A stretch of DNA of 64,000 bases from Paraspadella gotoi (lineage: Eukaryota; Animalia; Chaetognatha): NCBI GenBank assembly GCA_051294375.1, contig CM119268.1:1819486-1883485 (forward strand), given 5' to 3'. The notes beneath the pieces are model-generated. The model did no database searches, had not been told where the DNA came from, and saw only the letters and a program-made list of their open reading frames with translations. This document shows, piece after piece, positions 49,101 through 60,156 of the stretch (positions are counted from its first letter, which is position 1; the number at the start of each line of letters is the position of its first letter). The position numbers and the translations under genes are program-made.

Positions 49101-51105
49101 TCAATTAAGAGTAGATGTATCGTATGTATATTACTTAAAAAGAAGTCATCTCAGACCTAAAATTTCTAAAAAATCCACTACGCCACGTATTTTCTATGTT
49201 TTGTGTATTAATATTATATATTTTACCAAGGGCCTTCATCAAAGCTGGTCTGAGCGGTCGAGACATGAGCAAGCGGACCAAGCAGCAAGTTCCGGAAGCT
49301 CTCGGCGTCGTCTGCGGCGCCGTATTTCTCATTTCTATGTTCATCTTCATTCCAATTCCCTTTTATCAAAATCTGAAAGCGGAAATATTTTATCCCAAAG
49401 TCAACGGTTCATCCTCAGTAAGTCGTCTATCGAATTTAAAAAAGTTTCCTCCTTCCAAATTGTCGGGATTTTTATCTCTCACTCTCAGACAAACGTCTCT
49501 CGCCCCGACGAAGACCTCTCCGCCCTCTACAGTCGACTCACAGAATTTCTCGCCGCCATCACCTCCATCTGCTGCATGATCTTCCTCGGTTTCGCCGACG
49601 ACGTTCTTGAGCTGCGCTGGCGCCATAAGCTGCTTCTGCCGACGCTGGCCTCCCTGCCGCTGCTCATGGTCTACATCCTCAACTTCAATTCGACGACGGT
49701 GATCGTTCCCAAACCGTTCAGGTCTCTCTTTGGATTCGATGTGGATCTCGGCCCTCTCTATTACGTTTATATGGGAATGCTGGCAGGTACTGAAGACATT
49801 TTTTAAATGATCAATACTAAGTATTATTGTAAAGTTAAATTGTTTCATAATTACGTGATTTTTCGAGGAATACCCGATGATAAAGATTTTTTTTTTCTAA
49901 TTCTTTTGTACATAGTTTTCTGCACGAACGCGATCAACATTTACGCGGGCATCAACGGTCTGGAGGTCAGTCAGTCGATCGTCATTTGCCTCTCGGTCAT
50001 CGTCCACAACGTGATTGAGATTCTGTGGAGCCCCGGCGGGTTGAACGCGGTCGTCGTCCAGGCCCACTCCTTCAGCCTCTCATTTATGCTTCCCTTTTTG
50101 GGCGTCAGCCTGGCCTTGTTGAAATTCAATTGGTGCGACTCTGTGTTTGATGAGCTGCTTTGCCCGACGGAAATCAATTCGCTTAATCAATTTCCCCTTT
50201 TCAGGTATCCGGCCCGAGTTTTCGTGGGCGACACCTTTTGTTACTTCGCCGGGATGACCTTCGCGGTGGTGGCCATCCTGGGCCACTTTTCCAAGACGAT
50301 GCTTTTGTTCTTCGTGCCTCAGATCATCAACTTTCTCTTCTCGGCGCCACAGATCTTCCGCTTGGTTCCCTGCCCCCGTCACCGCCTTCCCCGCTACGAC
50401 GCCGACGCCGACGTCGTTCATCCTTCCGTCTTCGAGCTCAAGTCTCTGCAGGAGTTGAATCCCGTGGGTGAGTGAGGAGACGGTTGGGTTGCTCGCCCCT
50501 TTTAATCACTTCAATGGATGCTTATCATTAATTAAGAAATAGATTTAAAAAAGTATAAATTTGGAGAAAACAAAGTTCTTATTGTTTACAAAAACGATTG
50601 ATAAAGACTTGCAACCATAGAGTTGATTTTTTTAAAATCACAAAATGTATTGTTTATAAACAATAAAAAACTTTTTCTCTGAATTATAATAATTGTATCA
50701 ATTTACTTCTATATATTATTCCCTGCTCTTACATTCGAGTTCAAAAACTGGGGCGATGCGCATTTGTTTCCTCAGGGCGATCGATCGTTCGCCTTTTGTC
50801 TCTCTTTCGGTTTATCTCCGTCGAGGAAAGAAACGACGCGGAACCACGAGTTCGGATCACCAACTTCACTCTGATCAACTGGACGCTTCGGCTTCTCGGT
50901 CCCAAACACGAGGCCAGCCTCACTGGCATCCTCGTCGGGATTCAGGTGACCAATGAAAAGAGCAGTTGACGATTCTCCTTCGCTTGGACTCCATCGCGTG
51001 GAAAACCTTTTCAGAACCATTTCTTCTTCTTCTTCTTAGGCGGCTTTTTCGTTGTTGGCTTTCTTTATTCGTTATCAACTCTCGCGAATCTTTTACGACA
51101 GCTAA
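46117..51105 (+). CDS. DPAGT1: UDP-GlcNAc:dolichyl-phosphate GlcNAc-1-phosphotransferase (7 exons; 3.0 kb intron 1)
   Basis: Exon 1 (46117-46214; [33 protein letters not shown], donor GTAAGT) joins in phase to 49231 ([19 protein letters not shown]). [45 protein letters not shown]; TAA at 51103-51105. Confidence 0.95.
46235..48975 (-). CDS. PLSCR: Phospholipid scramblase (5 exons), nested antisense in DPAGT1 intron 1
   Basis: [69 protein letters not shown]; TAA at 46235-46237. First exon less certain. Confidence 0.88.
46495..46570. repeat. Purine-rich simple repeat (gaaag/agaat units)
   Basis: agaatagaaaggaaagaaagaa is duplicated; forms a polypyrimidine tract on the scramblase strand. Confidence 0.7.
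48238..48273. repeat. 7-nt palindromic microsatellite (tgtacaY) x5
   Basis: gtgtacattgtacactgtacattgtacactgtaca in a scramblase intron. Confidence 0.8.
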
Positions 51106-51397
51106 CGAATAACACAAAAACTACATCAGGAAAAAAACTCAGCAAAATCAAAAACGCAATTAACTTTAGCTTAAAGTGGATTTAACCGGTTCACTTTGAA
51201 AAAAAACCCTTCACATCACGCTCGCGTTAATGACACTTTTTTTGTGCTTCTAGTCACTTTTTACGAGTATTTGTACACCCACGGTCTTTGTTAAACGTAA
51301 CCGATCTAGAATCGTTTTCTTATCGAACGTATTGCGTTGAAAATAAAGGAGAATTTATTTCGCAAATAAAAATGAATGTCTGAGTCGGTATTAGAGT

Positions 51398-54300
51398 ATG
51401 AACGTTGAAAAGGCGAAGAGATTAGAAGATTTCTTTTTCCTTCGCGGAGAAAACCTTTTCAACGACGACGACGACGACGTTGCACTTTTCTACGACGATT
51501 TAAAATGCTCTCCCACGAAACTGACCTTCGCTCAAACTGCGACGGCCGCTCGCTCCGTCCGCGACGCTCTACGCCGGCTCGCGTCTCCGGGCGACGTCAT
51601 CGGTCTCATCTTCGACGACGCCTCTCCGTTGGCGCCGATTCTGATGTTGGGCGTTCTTCTCAGCGGCGCCGCCTTCTTTTGCCTCGAAGTAAAGTCGTGG
51701 CGCGACGCGGTGGACGAGATCGGGCTCCGCGTTTTTCTCTTTGCCGGTGGAAAGTCGTCGGGGAAGGAGTTGTCGGCCTACGTGGACGCGAAGGTGGAGA
51801 AAACTTGTTTCGATGCCGCGCCTTTGATGGACGTGACGGCGTTGTGCATCAAAAAGATTCCGTTGATTAGCGGACCCTTTCCATCTTCGGCCTCGCTCGC
51901 TTACGTGATGCGGACCTCTGGTTCCACCGGAGTCCCTAAAATTGTGGGCGTGCCTCACGCCGCTATCGTTCCTAACGTGACCGACTTGACGCGTCTTTTC
52001 GACGTCGGACTTGAAGATTATCAGCGAATGGTTTTCATGGCCTCGCCTTTGACCTTCGATCCGTCCATCGTGGAGATCTTTCTCTCATTCGCCACTCGAT
52101 CCACTCTCTTAATGACGTCTGCTGAGGTGCGTCGATCCTCGACCAAATTGAAGGAATTGATCGTCGATCGACATCCGGTTTCGTTTCTGCAGGTGATACC
52201 GATATCCAGTCGATTATCTACTTAGCAAGATCGATGATCCAACTCTGCAATGTCTCGTTTCGTTTCCAGACGACGCCGTCCTTAATCCGTTCTCCCGATC
52301 ACCGATTGCTCAAATCTCTCATCTCCACCGATTCTTCCCTCCGTTTCCTCTTTTTCGGCGGCGAACGATGTCCTTCCCGCCAAACTCTCCGTCGCCTTCG
52401 CGGAGAGCGCAACCGGACGAGGCTCTTCAATATCTATGGCGTCACGGAAGTCTCGTGTTGGGCGTCGTTGAAGGAAATCGATCTGGACGTCGAAGATGAT
52501 GAGGTGTCCATCGGCGTCGGGATGTCTGAGACTCGAGTCTTCCTCGCCGACGCCGTTCCAGATGATGATGGAAACCTAGAAGGCGAGATCGTCATCGGTG
52601 CTCCCAGTCGAGTCTGTTACGTCGCTGGCGATGACGCCGAGATCGTCGATGGGGATTCGAACCAACGACGAACCGGAGACTTTGGACGAACTCGACCCGG
52701 CGACGGCGAAATCGTCGTCGTTGGAAGGATGGATGATCAATTAAAGATTTTTGGGAGGCGGACTAATCTCAATGAGATCAAAGCCACAATCGATCTTGAA
52801 TTGTCTCGTCGGGTCAATGAGACTGACATCTGGTTTGAAGTTGTTGACGTCGAAGGAAAGTTTGGAGTGGAGATCGTCGTCGCTGTCGTCGCTGGTTCGT
52901 CCAACGATGAATCGTATCGTCTCTTAAAGGAATGCGTCCTCTCTGTTCCTCGTACGAGAATTTGCGCCGTCGAGTCTCTGCCGGTTTCTCGTCACGGAAA
53001 AACCGATCGAGAATCTCTGCGGCGACTCGTCCGCACCCAAGATCTCAAACGTAGGCGGGGCACGCTGGATTCCGTAGATCTCATGACTTTTCTTTTTGAG
53101 GAGTTGAGCTCGGTTTTGCGCGTTCATTCCGATGAATTGCGGGGTCGGATGGAAACTGGCGAAAACTTTGTTGCTCTAGGCGGTGACTCTTTTTCGGCTG
53201 TGGCTTTTTTAAATCGCATCTCCGATTCGATCACTGAAAACCTAAATGTCGAAAAGTCTCCAAACTTTGCCTCTTGGTACGAGGAGTTGGTATCCGGTCA
53301 AGCATTGACTCACGTTATGGACCGTTTCGCTCAACGACTGAAGAAATCTGCTTCGACTTGTGATGACGGAATAAATCAGAAAGGAATTTCCATCTTTGCC
53401 TCTGAGAAAATCCCTTCGCTTTTCTCCCCTAAATTCAAAACGAAATTGCGAATGTATTCATACTCTAGTCGCAACGAACAAAATATTATTTATTCATCTG
53501 ACGAGACTTTTGCCAAATGGAGAGACGCCTTCTATAATTTTTCTCGTGAAATAGATTCCGTAAAACAAAATGACAAAAATTCTTCCAACGGTCGATCAGG
53601 TTTCGTCGAGTGTTGGCGCGAGTTTCTCGGAAAATGCGTGGACGCTTCACCGCTGCTACTTTGTCTCGATCCGACGTCGAGCGATTCTCCGGAAGAAGTC
53701 GCCGTCGTTTTCATCGGTTCCCACTCTCGCCTTTTCCTCGCCGTCCTTTTCTCCCTTCTTCCGCGCGGCCTTCACCGGCGCCTGTGGTCGATCGAATTGC
53801 CCGATCGCGTCGAATCCGACGCATGCGTGACGCGCGGTGGCGACGTCGTTGTCGTTGGTTGTCGAGACGGCGTCGTTTACTTTCTCGACACTTTCTCCGG
53901 TCGCACGATTTTTTCCTCATCGACCGGAGATCAGATCAAAGCGTCGCCCATCGTCGATCGGAGAACCGGCTTCGTCGTCGTCGCCTCGAGAGACGGACAT
54001 CTCTATTTCTTCGAAGAAGCGGACGAGAGATTTGAGAGGAGATCCGTTTTAGATCTCGCTGCCGGCGCCATCGTCGCCACGCCGGCGTCTTCCGACAAGG
54101 GCCGTCTTTACGTCCCGACTCTCGGCGGAGTCTTTTTCTGTCTGGAATCATCGACGCCCGCGATTCTTTGGAGATTCTCTTTTGGTTTTCCCATCTTCTC
54201 TTCGCCGGCCCTCGTCGACGGAGACGCTTGCATCGGTTGCGTCGATGGCCGCGTCGCTCGTTTCCGGTCCGATGGCCGAATCGTTTGGACGTTCAAAGCC

Positions 54301-54747
54301 GAAGGTCCGGTATTCTCGTCTCCGACTTTTTCTTCCCGTCCCGATCGAGTGCACTTCGGATGTCACGACGGCTTCCTCTATTGCGTCGAAGCCGGCGTCG
54401 AGAAATGGAGATTTTTTTGCGGCGACGACGACGAAGACGTCAAGGTTTACGCGTCTCCGTTTATCATGGATGTCGATGGTGAAGAGTTCGTCTGCGTCGC
54501 TTCGTCCCGCGGAAAGGTGAGTTTCGTGGGTCAGTGGGTGATTTTGAGTAAGTGAAAAACAACGGAAAATTTTCTTAAGATTTTCCTCGTGGACGACCAC
54601 GGAAGAGCCGTGGCTGTGGTGGACTCTGGAGCTGAACTATTTTCTTCGCCCGTTGTTGCTCTTGCGTCGCGCAAGGTTTTGATTGGATCCAGGAACGATT
54701 TTCTTCTCTGTTACGATTTGGATCGAATCGTTTTGGAAGCCAAATAA
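51398..54747 (+). CDS. AASDH: Beta-alanine-activating enzyme / ACSF4 (adenylation-thiolation-PQQ beta-propeller; 3 exons)
   Basis: AYVMRTSGSTGVPK, FDPSIVE, NIYGVTEVSCWA, TGD..GRMDDQLK, phosphopantetheine site LGGDSF, LGKCVDASP, LPDRVES, FSSP repeats. Confidence 0.92.
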
Positions 54748-54886
54748 ACGATTTAAATTTACATTTCTCTCCGTACTTTTTTTTTGTTAATTTCCGTTTA
54801 AATTCTATTTTTTCATTTCTTAACATAGATTTTATTAGCATCGCCATAAAAAGAGCCATAAACTTTGAAGAAAAACTTTCCTCATC

Positions 54887-55156
54887 ATGGAAGACGCTCG
54901 AGTGCAACAGACTCAAGAGACGGTGACTCAGATGAAGGACTTTCTCATGTCCTACAACAAGTTGTCAGAATGGTGCTTCAATGATTGCATCATTGACTTT
55001 ACCACTCGAAAAATGTCCGACTACGAGGATCGATGCGCCACCAACTGCATGGACAAGTACCTCAAGATGACGCAGCGGATCAGCCAACGACTGCAGGAAC
55101 ATCAAGCGATGCAGATGGAAGCGTTGCAACAGGCTGCGGCCGGGGCTCAGCAGTGA
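54887..55156 (+). CDS. TIMM9: Mitochondrial small Tim chaperone Tim9
   Basis: KDFLMSYNKLSEWCFNDCIIDFTTR..CATNCMDKYLKMTQRISQR, twin CX3C. Confidence 0.97.
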   Translation: MEDARVQQTQETVTQMKDFLMSYNKLSEWCFNDCIIDFTTRKMSDYEDRCATNCMDKYLKMTQRISQRLQEHQAMQMEALQQAAAGAQQ

Positions 55157-55268
55157 AGTATAGTTCCGATTGACTGTAGCGTGACGGGGCGGGGTTAAGA
55201 GTACTTTTTTTTTCAATCCGCGGTTGTTTTCTTGCATCGTTGTCGCTCCTTCTCTCTTGACATGGAAG

Positions 55269-56299
55269 ATGGATTCCGGGATTAAACTCTGCTCCTACGA
55301 AGACTCGGAAGATGATTCGGAAGAGGAAGAGAAAAAAGAGCTTTCGATCTCGGTGCCAGAAAACGATCGCTCCAAAAGAAAACTTGACTTGGTCGATGAA
55401 TGCCCCGCGAAGCGATCGAAGGAAGACATCGTCGACTCTCCTTCCGATCGCCGTTTGCCTCTTCCTCCTTCCTTCCTCCCTCCCTCCTCCCTCGACTCCG
55501 CCGACGGTCGTGTCCGCACCTTCGCCCACGAGCGCGGCGTTTGGGCCTCTCACGTCTACGTCCCCTTCGCCGACGACGACGAAGAGTTGGTTGAACTCCG
55601 CGACGCTGTTGTTGCCGAAGCGGAGCGTCTTCTCGAACTCCACGTCCGTCCTTTTCCCCTTGACGAGCTTCACCTCTCGCTCTCTCGCACCTTCGTTCTC
55701 GCCCACCACCTCATCCCGACCTTCGTGACTGCAGTGGCGAAAGCGATGTTGGCGCGGGCACCGCCGAGGGCGACGACGACGGTGGCGTTGACGGACATTG
55801 TCAGGATTTACTTGAACGACGAGAAGACGCGGGGCTTTGTGGCTGTCGAGGTCAATGTTAAGATGGGTTAACATTTTTTAAAAAAACATGCTTATGTATA
55901 AAAATGTTATTAAACTAGGAAAACTAACCCAACAAATTAACTTTATAGGTCGACGATAGTTCTCAAAGACTCTTACGGCGACTCTCCTCCGCCGTCGACG
56001 AGACTTTAGTCGACTTCAACTGCGGCGACGACGTCTTCTACAAAGATCCATCCTTCCATCTCAGCCTCGGTTGGTTTCTTCCCGACTCCTCGGCGGGAAA
56101 ATCCGTGGAAGGTTTCGAGCCCCGAAGAGGATCGACCCTCGACGTCGTCGAGACTCGACTCACCTCGACTCTCTCCGATTTCTTCGCCGACAACGGGGTC
56201 CTCGTCACTCAGGTCGTCGACGCGGTGTTGCTCAAGACCGGGAATCGGATTCACCGCCTGCCTTTCGACAGCCAAAGAAAAGTTCAAAGATTGAGTTGA
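55269..56299 (+). CDS. USB1: U6 snRNA phosphodiesterase (2 exons)
   Basis: GRVRTFAHERGVWASHVY, two HxS motifs (LHLSLSRT; FHLSLGW), NDEKTRGF, KTGN. Intron about 55851-55949. Confidence 0.93.
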
Positions 56300-56693
56300 T
56301 TAAAATAATATTGCAAGAAAACAGAGTGAATTTGAAATGGGACTTTTTAAGTTTGGAAATGTTTTAATTCCCCGAGGATCGTCGCCTATTCTTCGCCGCA
56401 GATCTCTGGATCTTGCGCAGCGGTGACATTTATTATTTGGCGAGTTCAAAAAGGACCTTTTTCTCGAGTGTAAACATTTTGATCAAATTACTTTCTCGCC
56501 TCGGTTTAACCTCGAGAAAAACTCTTACCAGTTATCACTATGCAATGAAAAAGCTTTTCGCGTGATAATCATTTTCATCTTTTTTTTTCTCGATAAAATT
56601 CCTTCGATGTTTTCTCATTCCCATCTCCCTCTACCCCGTCCTCTCCGCGTTTCCATTTTTATTCCGTTTTAACGATTCGATTTTGACGCAGAG

Positions 56694-58130
56694 ATGACGA
56701 CGCAGAGAATAGTCGTCGGATCTTACGAAGAGTTTATCGTTTGTTACGATTTGGAAGAAGAAGAAGAACAGAAGGAAGGGGAGGAGGCTGAGGAGCGAAA
56801 GGAAAAGAAATACAAATTGACTCTTAGCTTCACCGATCATCCGCATTCCTCCTCGGTTCGCTGCATCGCAGCTTCTCAAAGTAAGTATTTAACATTTTGC
56901 TTTTATTTAAGCTTAGCATAATTTATAAACTTTAAAAAATTCAGATGGTTTGGTAGCAAGTGGCAGCGCTGACGAAACCATCCACGTCTACAACGCCAAC
57001 GCCGGAAGAGATGTCGGCACCTTGATGTCCCACTCCGGTGCCGTCACGGCGCTGCAATTCCAAGGAAGCAAGTACCTTCTCTCGGCCAGCGAGGATGCTA
57101 CCGTAGTCATTTGGAAGACGAGAACCTGGGAACCTCTGAAGACTCTCCGGGGACACAAAGGCCCTTTGGAAAGCTTGGCAGTTCATCCGTCAGGTAGCGA
57201 TCAGGAAACGAGAACCGTCCCAAAAGTCGTGGCTGATTTCTTCCAACCTCATCCTCCCACCTCTCTCTNNNNNNNNNNCTCTCTCTCTTTCACATTCAGT
57301 TCTTCTCTTCCTTTTCATCAAATTTTTATTTTTTCATTATTTTTCCCCGCTGGTGAAGACGTAAAAATATTGATCAAATATCTTTCTCAAAATGAAATAC
57401 TTTATAGTATTAATGTCAATTTCCTTTTCCCCTAGGAAAGTTGGCCCTCTCGACCGGCAAAGACAAACTCCTCAAAACGTGGAACCTCATCAAAGGTCGC
57501 TCCGCCTACGTGACGAACGTGAAGCGAGAGGGCAACCTCGTCCGGTTCTCCCCGTCGGGCAACTCCTACGCCCTCGTCTCCGGCGCCTCTTTGCTCCAGT
57601 TCTACGACGTCGCCTCCGCTTCGATCTCCTTCCAACTCGAGTCGCCGCAGAGGATCAACGCCCTTCGATATCTGGACGGCGACGCCGAGGACGACCTCGT
57701 CGCTTTCGGCGGCGAAGGCTCCTCCGTCAAGATCGTCTCCGTCTCGCGCAAAACTGTCGTCGGAGAATTCGAGGCTCACGAGAAGCGGATCAGAGATCTC
57801 TGCGTGCTGGAGCCTGAGGACGAATCTGAGAAGGAATCCACGGAATCTTCCTCGGCCACGGTTCGTCTTCTCGCCACCGCCTCCAACGACGGCCTCGTCA
57901 AAGTCTGGCGGCTGGAAGTGACTGCGGATCGAAGCGGCGTCAACAGTCGACTCCTTTGCCAGGCCGACGCCGGGCTACGTATCTCCTGTATTTGTTCTTA
58001 TGGTAGAAAAGCATCGTCGAGCGAGAAGCGGCGATCGGAAGAGGGCGAAGTTGAAGGAGAGACTTCGGAGAAGCCAACTGTTGAAGAGGAGGAGATGGAC
58101 AGAGATTCAAAAAGAGTTAAACTCCAGTGA
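56694..58130 (+). CDS. PAK1IP1: PAK1-interacting protein 1/Mak11 WD40 protein (3 exons)
   Basis: IVVGSYE, SGSADETIHVY, HPSGKLALSTGKDKLLKTWNLIKGRSAY, AHEKRIR, TASNDG. Confidence 0.92.
57269..57278. other. Assembly gap (10 N) within a CT microsatellite in PAK1IP1 intron 2
   Basis: Run of n flanked by ctctct. Confidence 0.95.
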
Positions 58131-58294
58131 TAATCCCTCCCTCCCTCCCTCTACCCGCCCGCCTTTTTTTTTGAAGTTTTCTCTTTGTGATGTTTTAACT
58201 GTTATTTACTTTAATTCTTTTGCGACAGATTTTATTAAAAGTTTGATCAAATAACTCGAGTCCTTTCTCTAACTCCGAACATCGCTCTTTCAAA

Positions 58295-59599
58295 ATGACT
58301 GCCCAAAGTCAGGTTCCCAAACTGTACCACACAGTGATCGACGACGTGATCAACAACGTCCGCGAGGCCTTCATGGACGAGGGAGTCGACCCGTCCGTGC
58401 TGTCGGAGCTGAAGCAGATTTGGCAGAACAAACTCGCCACCTCCAAAGTGATGGAGAACGAAGTTGGGGCGCCCCCCTCGGCCCAGAATCTCTTGTCCGG
58501 ACCTTATGCTTGTTTGCAACAACAGCAACAACAACAGCATCACTCGTCTAACCAACAGCACCAACGGTCGAGCGGTAAGGCGGAGTCCGCCTCCGACCGC
58601 CCTCCAGCCATACCCGCAAGCTCGGTTCCCGTTTTCACCACCTTGTCCCATCCTGGCTCCGAACTGTCCGACGCCGCCTCCATGGCCTACTCTTCCATTC
58701 TCCAATCCGCCATCGTTCAAACACCGACGGGTCCTATGCAGATCGCTCCGCAGCCGGCCCACACGGGGACGAGCGCCACGGCCGCTGCGGCGGCTGCCAA
58801 CCGCGCCGCTCTTATGGCAGCGGCAGCCCAGCCCCAATACCTGTTCGCGCATCCTGGCGGCGTCGCTCCCGTAATCATTCCCCACTCGCAGGCTATCAGG
58901 CTTCAGCAACAGCAGCAGTCAGCCGATTCTCAGTCGCGCAGCAGCGGGGGAAGCCGCGGGAGCAAGTTGCCCCAGGTGGACGGGGCGGCGGAGGAGAGGG
59001 CGTGTAACGTTGATGCGAAAAGATCCTTTGAATCTTCGAGCGCTCGATCATCTTCCCACAAGAATCTCAAGTGGGGCGAATCCTCTTCGGCGTCGACTTC
59101 CCTCTCTTCCTCCTTCGCCCGCGGAGTCTTGCGTCTTTCCACCGGCGAATCCGTTTCCGGACGCGTAATCAACGGCACGTTGCCGATCGACCGGAAGAAG
59201 AGCGAAATCGTCGGAAAGGCAAAGGGCTCAGCCCCGTCGCGATCCTCGCGCCAGAAAGTAGAGATCGTTTTTCAACTCGACGGCGCAGATAATTCGTCTT
59301 CCGACGAGGACGATGACGAAGACGACGACAACGACCTCAACGACGACGACGACGATTCCGACAACAATCCCGACGACGAGGACGTGCCGGGCGTGGAAGA
59401 AGAGCCCCTCAATTCGGGCGACGACGTGTCCGACAACGACCCCGAGGAACTTTTCGATACGGAGAACGTCGTCGTCTGTCAGTTCGAGCGAATCACCCGC
59501 GTGCGGAATAAGTGGCGCTTTTACCTCAAGGACGGCATCATGAACATCCACGGCAAGGACTACGTCTTTCTTAAGGCCAGTGGAGAAGCCGAGTGGTAG
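58295..59599 (+). CDS. GTF2A1: Transcription initiation factor IIA large subunit, single exon
   Basis: VPKLYHTVIDDVINNVREAF.DEGVD..LKQIWQNKL; EEEPLNSGDDVSD..FDTENVVVCQFERITRVRNKWRFYLKDGIM..GEAEW. Confidence 0.97.
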   Translation: MTAQSQVPKLYHTVIDDVINNVREAFMDEGVDPSVLSELKQIWQNKLATSKVMENEVGAPPSAQNLLSGPYACLQQQQQQQHHSSNQQHQRSSGKAESASDRPPAIPASSVPVFTTLSHPGSELSDAASMAYSSILQSAIVQTPTGPMQIAPQPAHTGTSATAAAAAANRAALMAAAAQPQYLFAHPGGVAPVIIPHSQAIRLQQQQQSADSQSRSSGGSRGSKLPQVDGAAEERACNVDAKRSFESSSARSSSHKNLKWGESSSASTSLSSSFARGVLRLSTGESVSGRVINGTLPIDRKKSEIVGKAKGSAPSRSSRQKVEIVFQLDGADNSSSDEDDDEDDDNDLNDDDDDSDNNPDDEDVPGVEEEPLNSGDDVSDNDPEELFDTENVVVCQFERITRVRNKWRFYLKDGIMNIHGKDYVFLKASGEAEW

Positions 59600-60156
59600 A
59601 TTAGGCTTGGCAGCTTATTGCTTAGAGGTTTTGTGGCGCCCGCTTACCGGGATCCTTTACTTTTTTTCTTGTTTGGAGAAACGAGAGCTGTGTACTATTT
59701 GGTTAAATTTTTCGGCGAATTTATATTTTCTATTCTGACCCTTTCCCTTTCCCCAAGCCCAGCAAAAAAATAGAATATCGTCATATGGATTAAATTAATA
59801 GTTTTATTACATATCCCACCTTTTTTATCTAAAAACTTGAATCGTAGCTCCCAGCTCGTTCATTCATATTAACTGAACGTAACCGTAACATTTTTAGATT
59901 TATAAATTTAAAATGACGTTTTGATTATAGATTATCTTAACTCCCTCGTAGCATTTTTTTTCCCAAATTTTTTCCCGTTAACTTGTCATTTTTGTAGATA
60001 ATCTTGTATCAATTGTTAAAAATCTTATATTTATCATTTACTTTGTATTACTCGAGTCGAGGCATTAGTTTTCTATTTTGTCCCTAAAAAATTAGCTTCA
60101 TTTCACTTATCTTTGTTTTATTATTTAAAACTGTCAGATTTTAGAACTCTCCCGCC

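Noticed and set aside
51398-54747. NRPS-like module as a possible secondary-metabolite or HGT locus
   Set aside because: The A-T-PQQ architecture is the standard animal AASDH gene.
6811-60044. TACTTT (nematode Ur-element core UAYYUU) recurring in spacers, e.g. 6811, 12163, 15242, 17003, 26714, 32379, 54774, 55202, 56489, 58207, 59658
   Set aside because: A rough estimate from the T-rich spacer composition gives about one hit per several hundred nt, similar to what is seen. Not evidence without a positional enrichment test.
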